A stretch of 64,000 bases of DNA from a candidate division FCPU426 bacterium (GTDB lineage: Bacteria > Oederibacteriota > Muellerivitia > Muellerivitales > Muellerivitaceae): positions 110,350 through 174,349 of the forward strand of contig CAWKAR010000003.1 of NCBI GenBank assembly GCA_963847625.1, in the 5' to 3' direction. A model generated the notes under the pieces. The model was not told the origin of the DNA. It saw only the letters and a list, made by a program, of their open reading frames with translations, and made no database searches. Positions 40,931 to 51,321 of the stretch are shown piece after piece. Each line of letters opens with the position of its first letter. Position 1 is the stretch's first letter. The translations under genes were made by a program, and so were the position numbers.

Positions 40931-41962
40931 TTATCCTAGCAGTTCGTTCACCTTGGCCATGACCTGGAAAGCGTCCGCCACGTAAACCACGTCCGCCTTG
41001 CCCTGAGCCCAGCCGCAATTGGGGTTCAGGTTGACCGCCCGGCGCTCGTTGATGAACCTCCAGCCCACCGCGTGGGGTTCCTCGCCGTGACAGCAGGTGG
41101 CCAGCCCCTTTTGGTGCCGGGGTGTGGAACCTGTCTGCCCGATCTGGTTCAGGTGGCTCATGAAGGAAAGCACCAAGCCCTCCCCCTTCTGGTCCACGAC
41201 GGATTTACTGCCCCCCAGGGATGCCCGGGTCTTCCCCAGGAAAGCCAGGATGGTCTTCTCAGCCTCGGGGACCTTGGTTTGCCCGTCAGCCTGCTTTTTG
41301 CACCAGCCCGCGCCTGCCACGAACAGCAATTCGGCGTCGGGTTGGATGGTCTGGGTCCCAGACGAGGGGGATTTCTCCCCGGTAACCTTGGTTTTCGTTC
41401 CAGGGGCCGTAAAGGCGATTTTTTCGGAAGCCAGGCTTCCCGACCCGGCATGGGTGGGAAAAGTTCCCACATCCACCGTCAGGAACCAGGGCCTTTGGGC
41501 CCGCTTGATCTGGGCCGACATCCTTTGGCGGTAAAACCACCGGGTGACCAGGGGAGCGCCGGAATCCGCAGCTAACTCCGTAATATGGGTGTCCACCTTC
41601 CCTCCCAGGCGTTGCGCGAGGCCCGCGATGACGCGCTGAATTCGGGAGGAAGCTGGCGCCACCACCAGGGTCGCGCCGGAAACCTTCACCAAGGCCTCGC
41701 AAGCCGCCGCGTCGGTGGCGTACCGGGATTGGTAAAGGGCGCCATCCTCGGCAACCAATGCCTTCTCAAAACCCGCGCCGGCCAGTTGGCCGGCCGCTCC
41801 CGAGGCCTTTTCCCCGAACAAACCAGCGATTAATTTTGCCCCGCCCAAGGCTGAGGCCAGGGTCTTGGCCGCCGTGGCGGCCTCCAGACCGGCTTTCCCG
41901 ATTTTTCCGTCAGCCCCCACCGCCGTCAGTAAAAGAATGGTTTCCATGCTCAACCTCTCCAT
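40931..41962 (-). CDS. etfA: Electron transfer flavoprotein alpha subunit
   Basis: QIGQTG, ADVVYVAD; adjacent to the beta subunit. Confidence 0.8.
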   Translation of the reverse strand: MERLSMETILLLTAVGADGKIGKAGLEAATAAKTLASALGGAKLIAGLFGEKASGAAGQLAGAGFEKALVAEDGALYQSRYATDAAACEALVKVSGATLVVAPASSRIQRVIAGLAQRLGGKVDTHITELAADSGAPLVTRWFYRQRMSAQIKRAQRPWFLTVDVGTFPTHAGSGSLASEKIAFTAPGTKTKVTGEKSPSSGTQTIQPDAELLFVAGAGWCKKQADGQTKVPEAEKTILAFLGKTRASLGGSKSVVDQKGEGLVLSFMSHLNQIGQTGSTPRHQKGLATCCHGEEPHAVGWRFINERRAVNLNPNCGWAQGKADVVYVADAFQVMAKVNELLG

Positions 41963-41965
41963 GAT

Positions 41966-42350
41966 TTAGTATTCTAAATTCATAAAATCTTTCAAAAAAT
42001 TTTGCCACGGATGTACCGATTCACAATAAAACAATAAATGAAATCGGCACTATACCGACCTCTTTATCTACTTTATAGAAGGTCGGCATGCAGGGGATTT
42101 CATTGGATATTAAATACTTTAAAATCTTTGTTTTATTAGACTATCCATTTCCATCCCATCAATCCATGGCTAAGACTTGCTTTGATTTTGCATTAGTATT
42201 CTAAATTCATAAAATCATTTAAATAATTTTGCCACGGATGCATGCGATTCATGGGATTTAATAAACATAAATATTTAAAGCCTTTATTCTTTGGCCAATC
42301 TGAGTGAATCCCCTTAATCCGTGGCTAAGACTTGCTTTGATTTTGCATTA
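41966..42350. repeat. Two tandem AT-rich intergenic palindromic repeat units
   Basis: TTAGTATTCTAAATTCATAAAATC..GCCACGGAT..ATCCRTGGCTAAGACTTGCTTTGATTTTGCA occurs twice. Confidence 0.8.
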
Positions 42351-42374
42351 GAATTCAAAATTTAGAATTTAAAA

Positions 42375-43184
42375 TTATTTTTTCTTGATCCAGTCCACAA
42401 TTTCCCTCGCGATTTGGTCCACCGGCATATCCTTAATTACCTTCGTGTCCCTCTTTTGCTTGGGAAGGTTCACCGATTTGAACTCCAGCCCTTCCCCGGC
42501 CAGTTTCGCGGCCTTGGCCTTTTGCAGGGCCGGCATGAGGTTTTTCATGTTGGCCATCCCCAATTGGGGATTGTTGGGCGGCTCGGCCAGGTTGCCCGTG
42601 GCCCAACCCACCACGGCAGGAGGCCCCTCCAGGATCGATACCTGGTGCTTGCCGCCTTCCACGCGCTCCAGGATTTCCATCGTCCCGTCCGCCTGGACCG
42701 CCACCTGGTCCACGCCCTGGAACTGCTCGGCGATCCCAAGTCTTTCCCCCAGCATCGCCAGGGTGGCTCCCGCCCCGCGGGAAGCCGATTCCCATCCCCC
42801 AAAAAGAAGAAGCCGGGTCTTGTCCAATCCCGGGATGGATTGCACAGCTTCCGCCAGGGCGGCCGAGCATTCGCCCGCGTCCGTAAAACCGCCCGCCGGG
42901 GCGTCCACTGGAACCAGGTCGAAAGGCGCCTTTTGCGCCAGGGCCATCATGGATTGTTGCAGCTTGCCTTTTGGGGCCGCGCTCACCAGCCACACCTTGG
43001 TGCCGGCGTTGGCTTTGGCCATCGCGGCCGCCTCATAGAGGGCGCTGGCCGCCCAGGGGTCCAGGATAGAGGGCAGCATGGCCTCGTTTTTCAGGGCCGG
43101 CCCCGTGGGCCCGGTGATGGGTTCCAGGGTCTGGAGGGGATCCGGCACGAGCCCGCCGCAAACGATGATGTGGAACAAAGCCAT
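42375..43184 (-). CDS. etfB: Electron transfer flavoprotein beta subunit
   Basis: VPDP, LDPW..ALYEA, GGWES; operon context. Confidence 0.8.
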   Translation of the reverse strand: MALFHIIVCGGLVPDPLQTLEPITGPTGPALKNEAMLPSILDPWAASALYEAAAMAKANAGTKVWLVSAAPKGKLQQSMMALAQKAPFDLVPVDAPAGGFTDAGECSAALAEAVQSIPGLDKTRLLLFGGWESASRGAGATLAMLGERLGIAEQFQGVDQVAVQADGTMEILERVEGGKHQVSILEGPPAVVGWATGNLAEPPNNPQLGMANMKNLMPALQKAKAAKLAGEGLEFKSVNLPKQKRDTKVIKDMPVDQIAREIVDWIKKK

Positions 43185-43195
43185 GTCATGCTCCT

Positions 43196-44056
43196 TTAAT
43201 CTTTTATATCCGTCGATAACTTCAAGATGAAATTATTTTTCCCCTTCTTTTTTGCCTTGTACATAAGGCCGTCAGCGTCCCGGATGGCGTCCTTGATGGA
43301 TTGAGGGGCCCTCACATAGGTGACAGCTCCCGCGCTGAACGTCACGTCCCTGTTGCTTTCCCGCATCACATGGTTCAATTTTTCGAAAATCTCCGGAATC
43401 CTGGCTTCCGCCTGGGCCATGGAGAGATCGGGCAGCATCAAGACGAATTCATCCCCCCCGATTCGCGCGCTCAAGTCGTTCTTTCGCAAGTTGGTTTTCA
43501 GGGTATTCCCCACCAAAACCAAGACCTCATCCCCCTCCGCGTGGCCAAGGGTATCGTTGATTTGCTTGAAATTGTCCATGTCGAAATAAACCACCGTGAA
43601 GGGCAGTCCTTTTTGGGCATTGGCCTTCATTTCCTGCCCGGCTTTTTGGAAAAACGTTTGGAAATTGAGGAGACCCGTCAAGCCGTCCCTCTCGGCCATG
43701 TAAGTGACCTTATCCAGGTTTTTATTCAACCGGTCCAGGACAAAGGAAAAAATCAGGAAAAAAACGAGATTGGCGCAACCGTTTAAAAACTCGTTGCTGG
43801 AGAAGCCATGTCCCGAAGGATAAGAGGTCATCCATTCAATGACGGCGATGACGATGGTGCAAAAAAAGGAATAAGCCGCGCCCGCGAGGAAACCCGAATT
43901 CCATACGATTAAGAAAATGGGGACAAGGTGGAAATAGGCAAGATTCAGTTCCGGGCCTGTGATGTAGTCTAAATATTCGTCAAACAGGAACAAGGCCAGG
44001 GCAATGTATAGAATCGTGTATTTAGATTGTTTCTTAACCCAATTCCCGGGACTCAT
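43196..44056 (-). CDS. Membrane-bound diguanylate cyclase
   Basis: N-terminal TM helices, DGLTGL, DMDNFKQIND, GGDEF. Confidence 0.92.
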   Translation of the reverse strand: MSPGNWVKKQSKYTILYIALALFLFDEYLDYITGPELNLAYFHLVPIFLIVWNSGFLAGAAYSFFCTIVIAVIEWMTSYPSGHGFSSNEFLNGCANLVFFLIFSFVLDRLNKNLDKVTYMAERDGLTGLLNFQTFFQKAGQEMKANAQKGLPFTVVYFDMDNFKQINDTLGHAEGDEVLVLVGNTLKTNLRKNDLSARIGGDEFVLMLPDLSMAQAEARIPEIFEKLNHVMRESNRDVTFSAGAVTYVRAPQSIKDAIRDADGLMYKAKKKGKNNFILKLSTDIKD

Positions 44057-44284
44057 GCAAACCTCATTTGAAGCTCAATGATTTTTTGACGTTCGAAATA
44101 CCGGCAATGAGTTTACCAATCTCTATTCCCAAGTGAAATAGGATAAAAAGCGTTTCAAGAATCAATTTTTAGGGTTTAACTGAAAGTAATACGTAATTAT
44201 TTTCATGCATAGCAATCCAAATAAAACAAAATCTAGTGAATAAAGATAAATAAAATCAGGAATTCTTAGGTCTTAAAGGCGTTA

Positions 44285-44480
44285 AGCAAAACCAAGTACT
44301 TAGCCACGGATTCAGGGGATGCATTTAGATTGGGGGAATAAAAGGCTTTAAACGTTTGTTAAATCCCATGAATCCCATGCATGCCAGCCTTCCATAAATC
44401 TAATAAGGTGGCTGGTATCGTACCGATTTCATTAACTGTTTTATTGTGAATCGGCACATCTGTGGCTAAATATTATTTTG
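44285..44480 (-). repeat. Inverted member of the 41966-42350 repeat family
   Basis: Reverse complement shares GCCAC.GATG, CCGATTCACAATAAAACA, AAAGCCTT and ATCCGTGGCTAAG. Confidence 0.75.
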
Positions 44481-44517
44481 GAAAGGTGTGAATTAATGTA
44501 TTTTGCGAATGCTTTGG

Positions 44518-46377
44518 TTAATTTTCGGCGGAGTGGAGGCCGCCGGAGCCGGCCTTGAATTCCAGGTTGGTTTGGCCCGTGAGGCTCTCGATGAGCTCGG
44601 CGCAGTTCCAGAGGCAGGCCCCGCAATGGACGCATTTTTCGCGGTCGAAGTTGATTCCGCCGTCCTCCGCGATCGCCAGGGCCTGGCCCGAGCACATGTC
44701 GATGCAAAGCTTCCTCTCGCAGGCGACACAACGGACCGGCTTCAGCACCACCACGTGGTCGGAGAATCCCGGCACGGCCTGGACCTTCCCGCCCATCAAT
44801 AGGGCGTCCTGGTGCGAGACCAATAGTTTCCCGTCCATTTCCACCTGGGGCCATCCCACCTTGTCCATGAGGGCGTCGTGCAGGCTGGCGCCGGAAGCAG
44901 TGCAATTTTTTCGGATGTCCTCGATTTCCTGGGGGGTTATTCTTCCCTTGTAATATTCCTCCAGGGTGGGAACACGCTGGTGCGGCGCGAGGTTTTTCCC
45001 GGGCCATCCCAAATAGCCGCAGGTCATCCCGGCCAGGGCCATTCCCGCCATCCCCTGGACGAACCCCTTCTGGAACCCGTCCCGGGCCTTCTCGGCCATC
45101 AGGCCCTCGTGGTGCACCCAGCTTTCCCTCCGGCGCTTGACGTAGGTGTGTTCCAGGTCCGTCTTGTTGAAGGGCTTGTTGTTCTTGAGGATCTCGAGCA
45201 CCCCTTCGGCCAGTTGGACGCCCGTGGCCCAGGCCTCGTCCACGCCCGAGTTGGTCAGGACGTTGGTGGAACCGGAGCCTTCCCCGATGCGCGCGAAACC
45301 GTCCCCCACCAGGTAAGGTTCGCCCCTCATTCCCGATTCCTGCAGGGACTTGGCGCCCCAGGAGCGCAATGTCGCTCCCCGCAAATGCTTCCAGAGGGCC
45401 GGATGCCGCATCCAGTGCTGGAGGTAGCGGTAGGCGGTCCGGGCCGGGTTGTCGAACCAGGAGGGCACGAAGATGCCGGCGGCCGCGACGTTTCCGGGAT
45501 AGACATAGAGGAAACCGAAAATTTCTGGTTCTGGAAAGCCCAGGGTATGCAGAACCGTTCCCGGTTTTAGTTGGCTATCCCCCGGCAGGTCCACCACCAC
45601 TTTCATGCCCAGGGCCCACTCGTGGCTGGAATGGCCGGGTGGCATTCCGAAATGGCGGTCAAGCTGGCGCCCGATGGGGCCCACCGGCCCGTCCCCCACC
45701 ACTGTCAGGCCCGCGCGGATTTCCATGCCAGGGAGAAAGCCTTCCCCGGGATTTCCCTTCGTGTCCACGCCCTGGTCCGCCAGGCGCACTCCCACCATGC
45801 GGCCTTGCTCGATCACCGCCTCGGCCACCGGGGAACCTGGCCAAACCTGGACCAGGCCCGATGACATCAGTTGGGACCCCACCCATTGGTTGAACTGGCC
45901 CAAGGAACATACGAAACCGTCTTTTTTATGGAGGTAGCGGGGAATGTAGGGCAGGGCGAAGGACATGTCCTTGGTGATTCCGGGAATCTTCTTTAATACA
46001 GCGTCCACGGCGCGGACCAATCCGGGTCTTCGGCTGGCCCCGATGGGGTCCATCAGGTATAGGACCTTTTCCTGGGTAACCGGGGAAAACAAGGGGATTT
46101 GGTTGAAGTCCATGCCGGGGTAGGAAGCCTTGATGCTTCTTCCCCGGGTGACCACGCCCGAGACCCCGAAACCCAGGTCGTCGGCCCTCTCGTAGCAAAG
46201 TACCTGCAGGGGCGATCCGGGGCTGACCCGGCTTTCGGCATAGGCGGCACCGGCGGCTTCCGTAAGACCTTTGGAGAGAGCCGTGAGGAACCCGCCCGTG
46301 GCGGGGCCGAAACCCACGCACACGATGTCGGCCGACAGGGTTTGGCGCTCCAGGGAATTGGGGTTCTGTTCGCTCAC
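44518..46377 (-). CDS. FixC/ETF:quinone oxidoreductase with fused 4Fe-4S ferredoxin
   Basis: VGFGPA FAD motif; C-terminal CVAC..C..C and CVHCGAC..C. Confidence 0.85.
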   Translation of the reverse strand: MSEQNPNSLERQTLSADIVCVGFGPATGGFLTALSKGLTEAAGAAYAESRVSPGSPLQVLCYERADDLGFGVSGVVTRGRSIKASYPGMDFNQIPLFSPVTQEKVLYLMDPIGASRRPGLVRAVDAVLKKIPGITKDMSFALPYIPRYLHKKDGFVCSLGQFNQWVGSQLMSSGLVQVWPGSPVAEAVIEQGRMVGVRLADQGVDTKGNPGEGFLPGMEIRAGLTVVGDGPVGPIGRQLDRHFGMPPGHSSHEWALGMKVVVDLPGDSQLKPGTVLHTLGFPEPEIFGFLYVYPGNVAAAGIFVPSWFDNPARTAYRYLQHWMRHPALWKHLRGATLRSWGAKSLQESGMRGEPYLVGDGFARIGEGSGSTNVLTNSGVDEAWATGVQLAEGVLEILKNNKPFNKTDLEHTYVKRRRESWVHHEGLMAEKARDGFQKGFVQGMAGMALAGMTCGYLGWPGKNLAPHQRVPTLEEYYKGRITPQEIEDIRKNCTASGASLHDALMDKVGWPQVEMDGKLLVSHQDALLMGGKVQAVPGFSDHVVVLKPVRCVACERKLCIDMCSGQALAIAEDGGINFDREKCVHCGACLWNCAELIESLTGQTNLEFKAGSGGLHSAEN

Positions 46378-46459
46378 TCACTTACTCCCTTACAGGTCTT
46401 TTCCTTTTATTAATTTAATCGCACAATTTTTACCTATACCGCGAGGCAAATCGCCAACA

Positions 46460-46560
46460 GTTTTTCCCCCTTTGAAAAAGGGGGTTAGGGGGTATTAGTT
46501 GTTGCCAAAGGAAAAAGCTAACTTCCCCTCAATCCCCCTCTTTCAGAGGGGGAGATTTTT
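46460..46560. repeat. Paired REP-like palindromes
   Basis: CCCCCTTTGAAAAAGGGGG and TCCCCCTCTTTCAGAGGGGGA. Confidence 0.6.
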
Positions 46561-46586
46561 TTCGCATACCCAAAGTCGTTATCCGC

Positions 46587-48828
46587 TTATTGGGGATAAT
46601 CCAAGGCCTCGGGAATCATGACGCGGGATAAATTCTCGGCGGCCCGGTCCTTGGCAAGACGGCATCCGGTCAGGCAGGCGTCCAGCCTGGAACGCATGCT
46701 GATGAAGGTCTCCAGGCCGTCCAGCCTCACACAGGGCCCCCGCTTGAGGGGGTGCTGGTTGTCCTTGTCCATCACGTCGGTGTAACCCAGGGCCCCGCCC
46801 TCGATGCCGGGAATGACCGCTTCCAGGTCCTCCAGTTCCAACTCGTTGAAGCAGGCCTTGCAGCCTTCCTCGGTCCAGCGGGGATGGACGTTGTAGCCGA
46901 ACACCAGCTCGGCGCAGATGCGGGAGGCTTCCCCGGAAGCGCGCGCGGCCTGGACCTGGCACAGGTCCTTGTAGAAGGAAAGGATTCCCGGCATGGCTTC
47001 CGCCAGGTTGGGGTTGGCGGGCCCCTTGGATTCCAGTTCCATGTAGTCCAGGATCTGGTGCCGGGCCGCCAACAGCCAGCAAAGGGCGTCGGCCATGGGG
47101 AAAGTCACACCCTGGCGGTTGGATTGGTAAAGCTTGTGGCCCGTGTCGTCAGTGGCTTCCTGCAGGTGCTTCAGGGTCCAGATCCATAGTTGCAGGGCGG
47201 TACCCAGGGCGCAGGCCCCGGTCTCGGGATCGGTGGAGGCGATGGACTTGAGGTCCCTGATCCAGTCCCGGAGCTGTTCCAGGAAAACCTCGTGGGTCAT
47301 GGTCAGGGAAAGCTGGCGGCGCTGGACGGACTCGGGCCCCTCGTAGGTGGCCTCCAAGTTGCGCGTCCATCCACTTGTGGCCCAGGAAACCCGGGCAATC
47401 CTCGGTGATCCCGTAGCCGCCCATCAGGCTGACCGCTTCCCGCAGGGAATTCGCTCCCTGCCCCGTGTTCCAAAGCTTGGTGGCGGGACAAAGCACATTG
47501 GCCACCGATTCCATCAGGGAGAACCTCACCAGGGTATCCTTGCCGAGGGCCTCAAACTTGGTCTCGTCCCGTCGCCCGGCGGGAAGCCGGGACAGCCTCA
47601 GGTATTCCCGGGCCTGCTCGTCCACCTTGGACATCTCCCTCAATTGGGCGCGGGTTCCCTTGGCGCCGCGGGATTCCAGGATCTTGTCTTTCTCCTTTTC
47701 CAGCGGGTCCAATTCGTCGAACAATCGGGCGGCGGCGAAACCCAGGGAGGCCCCTGCCTCCCCCATTCCCCACACCTCGACCAGGCGGTGGAGGGCGTCC
47801 TGCTTGGTCTGGATTCCCAATTCATAACGGGGTGTTCCCGGCGCGGCGGCGGTTCCGCCCCGGAACCTTTGCCGGTGGTAACGGATGACCGGCTCGATGG
47901 CCGAAAGGAGCTTGGCGGCGGTCATGAGTCCCACGGTGACGCGGGTGCGTTTGAACACGGCCTCGATCACCTCCCCGTGGCTGTAATTGGGGATGATCAC
48001 CCCGTCCTTCACGGTATAGCCGCCCACGATGCGGGAAGCCGGGACCTTGAGCTGGAAATTCGGGTCGCGGGTGGAGGAAAGCTGGTGCACCAGTTTTTTC
48101 GTCGGGGTCCCCCGGTCGAAAACCCCGGGATCGCCTTCCTCCAGGATGATCATGCAGGAGGATTTGATGCGCTTGTCGTCGGTGTCCACGGCGGCGGTGA
48201 CGATTTCGGCGTAGTCCATGTTGGTGATGAAACGGCCCCGCTTGTCCACTTCCAGCAGGGGTTCCTTCCCTTCCTTCCATTCGGCCACGCGGAGTTTTCC
48301 GCACATAATCCCCGTTTCAACCCCCACGTAGGGGAGGGGTTCGGTCAGGGCAAAGGCCGCCCTCAGGGTCTTCCGGTCCTCGCCCGGTTTTGGGGGGGCG
48401 GCGCATGCCATGTACTTGGCTATTTGTTCGGGAGTTCCGCACTCATGGATGGGGGCCAGTCCCAGGTTTCCCGCCAGGGAGGCCGTGGCCGCGCCGCCGT
48501 CCACCCAGGCCAGTTCAAAAGCCACCAGGGCCATGGCCAGGTTCTTGGGGCCCTCGAAAAGGCCGCCATAGGCGGGGTCCAGGAAGGCCGCGGTGATGCC
48601 GGACTCGTCGTAAACCTTGAGGAGGGAATCTTTTTCCTTCGTCCATTCGTGGCTGTTCCTGACGCCCTGGGCCACCAGCCGGGCCACCGGGCCGCGCGCC
48701 ACCGACCGGGAGGATTGCACGAGAAGCTGCAGGTCATAACGGTCGGTAAAACGCCATTGGATCTGGCGCACTTCGTCCCCCGGGAGGGTTTGCAGGTAAG
48801 GTGTAGATGCGGTTTGGGTTTCACTCAT
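46587..48828 (-). CDS. Acyl-CoA dehydrogenase, split by a 1-nt frameshift near 47357
   Basis: FALTEP, GRFITN, MGGYG..DAQL continues as EATYEG in the other frame. Confidence 0.85.
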
Positions 48829-49064
48829 GGCGTTCTCCCCCTAGTATTCATCCGAAAAAATCGCGCCGAAAAACAGGCTGGGCCATCCTCATTGAAAAAA
48901 CCGGCTGGCAGCAGGCCTCGGTTAAAACCAATTTCGGGAAGCCCCACTGGCGTCTCATGATATTGAAAATTGACTAAATTTCTATGATTTAAATCACCCG
49001 AAAGCAGCCTGTCATCACACCTTTGAAGCCATTCGTCTGAAGTTTTGAGTAAGGGTTGCTCTCC

Positions 49065-50105
49065 TTATTCCAGGACACAATGGCTGACCCGGTTCCGCCC
49101 TTCCTTCTTCGCCTGGTAAAGGGCCTTGTCCACCTGGGCGATGATGGAATCCATGGGAATCTTCCGGTCGATCGGGGTCACCCCGCATCCCAGGCTTAAC
49201 GTGATTTTTAGGATGCCCTTTGGGGTCACGATGGGACTGGATTCCATTGCGGAGCGGATCCTCTCGGCGATGTCCCGGATCAAGGAGTCATCCACCTTCG
49301 GGAAAACCATCAGGAATTCCTCCCCTCCGTACCGGCCCGCCGAGTCGCTGGACCTCAGGCAGGACCTGATCCGGTACGCCGTTTCCAGCAAGACCACATC
49401 CCCGGTGGGATGGCCGAAGGTATCGTTGATGTTCTTGAAATGGTCCAAGTCGGCCATAATGATGCCCACGTTTGATCCCGTCCGGGACGCCTTTTTCCAT
49501 TCCATTTCCAGGATTTCCAGGATGGCGCCCCGGTTCCAAAGGCGGGTCAGGGAATCCACCAGCGCCTGGTTGCGCAGGTGGTTCCTTTCCCGGAGAAGGG
49601 CTTGGTTGAGTTGGTTGACCTGCGCCAAGCCCAATTCAGTGACAGCCAGGGCCGCCAGATCCTTCAAGGACTGAAGGTCCTCTTTTTTGAGCCTCCTCGG
49701 CTTGTAATCCACCAGGCAAAGGTTACCCACGCGGTGGCCCCCGGGGTCGGCCAGGGGATATCCCGCGTAAAACTGGATGTGGGGTTCCCCCGTCACGAAG
49801 GGATTGTCCTTAAAGCGGTCGTCCAACCGGGCATCCGGGACCAGCATGGCTTCCGGGGATAGGATGGCGTGGGCGCAAAAGGATATCTCCCGGGGTATCT
49901 CGGGGGCATCCAGGCCGTGGCGGGCCTTGAACCATACGCGGTTTTCATCCACCAGGGAGATCAGGGCGACCGGCACGTCAAAGAGGCCGGCCGCGAGCCG
50001 GACAATCCGGTCAAACCGTTCCTCGGCGGGAGTGTCCAGCTGGTGAAGGCTTTCCAGTTCCTTAATTCTTGCAGCTTCATCCGGTGGAATAGGAGGTGCA
50101 GTCAT
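49065..50105 (-). CDS. GAF-GGDEF diguanylate cyclase
   Basis: SFCAHAIL, FYAGYPL, GGEEF. Confidence 0.92.
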   Translation of the reverse strand: MTAPPIPPDEAARIKELESLHQLDTPAEERFDRIVRLAAGLFDVPVALISLVDENRVWFKARHGLDAPEIPREISFCAHAILSPEAMLVPDARLDDRFKDNPFVTGEPHIQFYAGYPLADPGGHRVGNLCLVDYKPRRLKKEDLQSLKDLAALAVTELGLAQVNQLNQALLRERNHLRNQALVDSLTRLWNRGAILEILEMEWKKASRTGSNVGIIMADLDHFKNINDTFGHPTGDVVLLETAYRIRSCLRSSDSAGRYGGEEFLMVFPKVDDSLIRDIAERIRSAMESSPIVTPKGILKITLSLGCGVTPIDRKIPMDSIIAQVDKALYQAKKEGRNRVSHCVLE

Positions 50106-50520
50106 GTATTATTCCTGGTAAAAAATTATAATTCTCGGCTCAGAATCTCAGCGGCTCAAATCTATTAGGTTCACATTTAAAATTTTGAGCCAGGTATAAA
50201 GCAGGACTAAAAAAACCGATTCTAATGGGTTTCAGCCCAATGACTCCGGTTCTTGAATGCGGAATATAGGATTATAGGAATATTGATATTAGGGGTTATC
50301 GTTTCAAATAGACAAGGGGGTATGGGTTTTTTTAACTGAACGAAACATACATTTATCCAATATAAACTAAAAAACAGAAAAAATTTTGTTGTCGTTTGAA
50401 TTGTTGGAGAATTTTAGTGCTATTTCAAAGCATAAATTCGGGAAAAACTTGAAAGAAATTTAGGCCGGAAAAAACCATCAACCCGCGTCAAGCTTGGCCC
50501 GTCCATGATTTTTTCAAGCC

Positions 50521-51285
50521 TTAACCGAGCTCCTTCAATAAAACCTCGAAAAATTTTTCGCGGGCTTGCTTTTCCATCCAGGGGGTGTGCCCGCACTTTT
50601 CCAGAAGAATGAATCGGAAATTCTGAAGCGATTTTCCCAATGGTTTTTCCACCCCTTGGGCCGGATGGGGATCGCGGTCCCCGTGGATGGCCACGACGGG
50701 GCAATGGATGAGTTTGGCCTGCATCAATAGCTCCCCGCTTTTTCTCAATTCCGAAGCTTCGCGCCAGACGTCACGGAATAGATCAGGGCGTAGGACCATA
50801 GGCTCGGCGTTCATGGGAAGCGGGTCGTAGTGATCGGAGAGAGACAGGAGTTCACCGTACCGGGCAAAAGAAACCGGGTCTTCCAGGTGTTTCTCGAGGG
50901 ATTCCAATTCCTTTTTTTCCAACCGGCTGAGGCGGCCGAGGCGGTTCTCCCGGATCCGGGGGGCGTATTTCTCCTCGTAAGGCCCGCTGGAAACCAATAG
51001 GAGTTTTTCCACCCACTCCGGGTAACGGGCGGTGAACAGGAAACCGAGCCAGGCGCCCCAGGAATAACCCACCAGGAAAACCGGCTTTCCGGCGCTTTCC
51101 TCCAGGGTGCTTTTCAATTCCTCGATTTGTCCATCCACCGACGGCCGGGTCTGGAAGGGTTCCAATACCCCCCGTCGGGAAGCCAATTCCCTGGCGACCG
51201 GCGCCATTTCCCCCGCCGCGCCGGGTCCGCCGTGCAGGAGGACGGTATGATAGGGAGGGGCCCCGTAAACCCTGCAGTTTTCCAT
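50521..51285 (-). CDS. Alpha/beta hydrolase
   Basis: HGGPG, GYSWG, GDRD, GH. Confidence 0.9.
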   Translation of the reverse strand: MENCRVYGAPPYHTVLLHGGPGAAGEMAPVARELASRRGVLEPFQTRPSVDGQIEELKSTLEESAGKPVFLVGYSWGAWLGFLFTARYPEWVEKLLLVSSGPYEEKYAPRIRENRLGRLSRLEKKELESLEKHLEDPVSFARYGELLSLSDHYDPLPMNAEPMVLRPDLFRDVWREASELRKSGELLMQAKLIHCPVVAIHGDRDPHPAQGVEKPLGKSLQNFRFILLEKCGHTPWMEKQAREKFFEVLLKELG

Positions 51286-51321
51286 GAATCCTTCAATTTC
51301 CGAAAATTCCAGCTGGATTTA

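Noticed and set aside
47347..48960. Long antisense or alternate-frame ORFs (also 7891-8781, 20751-21815, 27216-28328)
   Set aside because: Shadow ORFs of GC-rich genes with no recognisable motifs.
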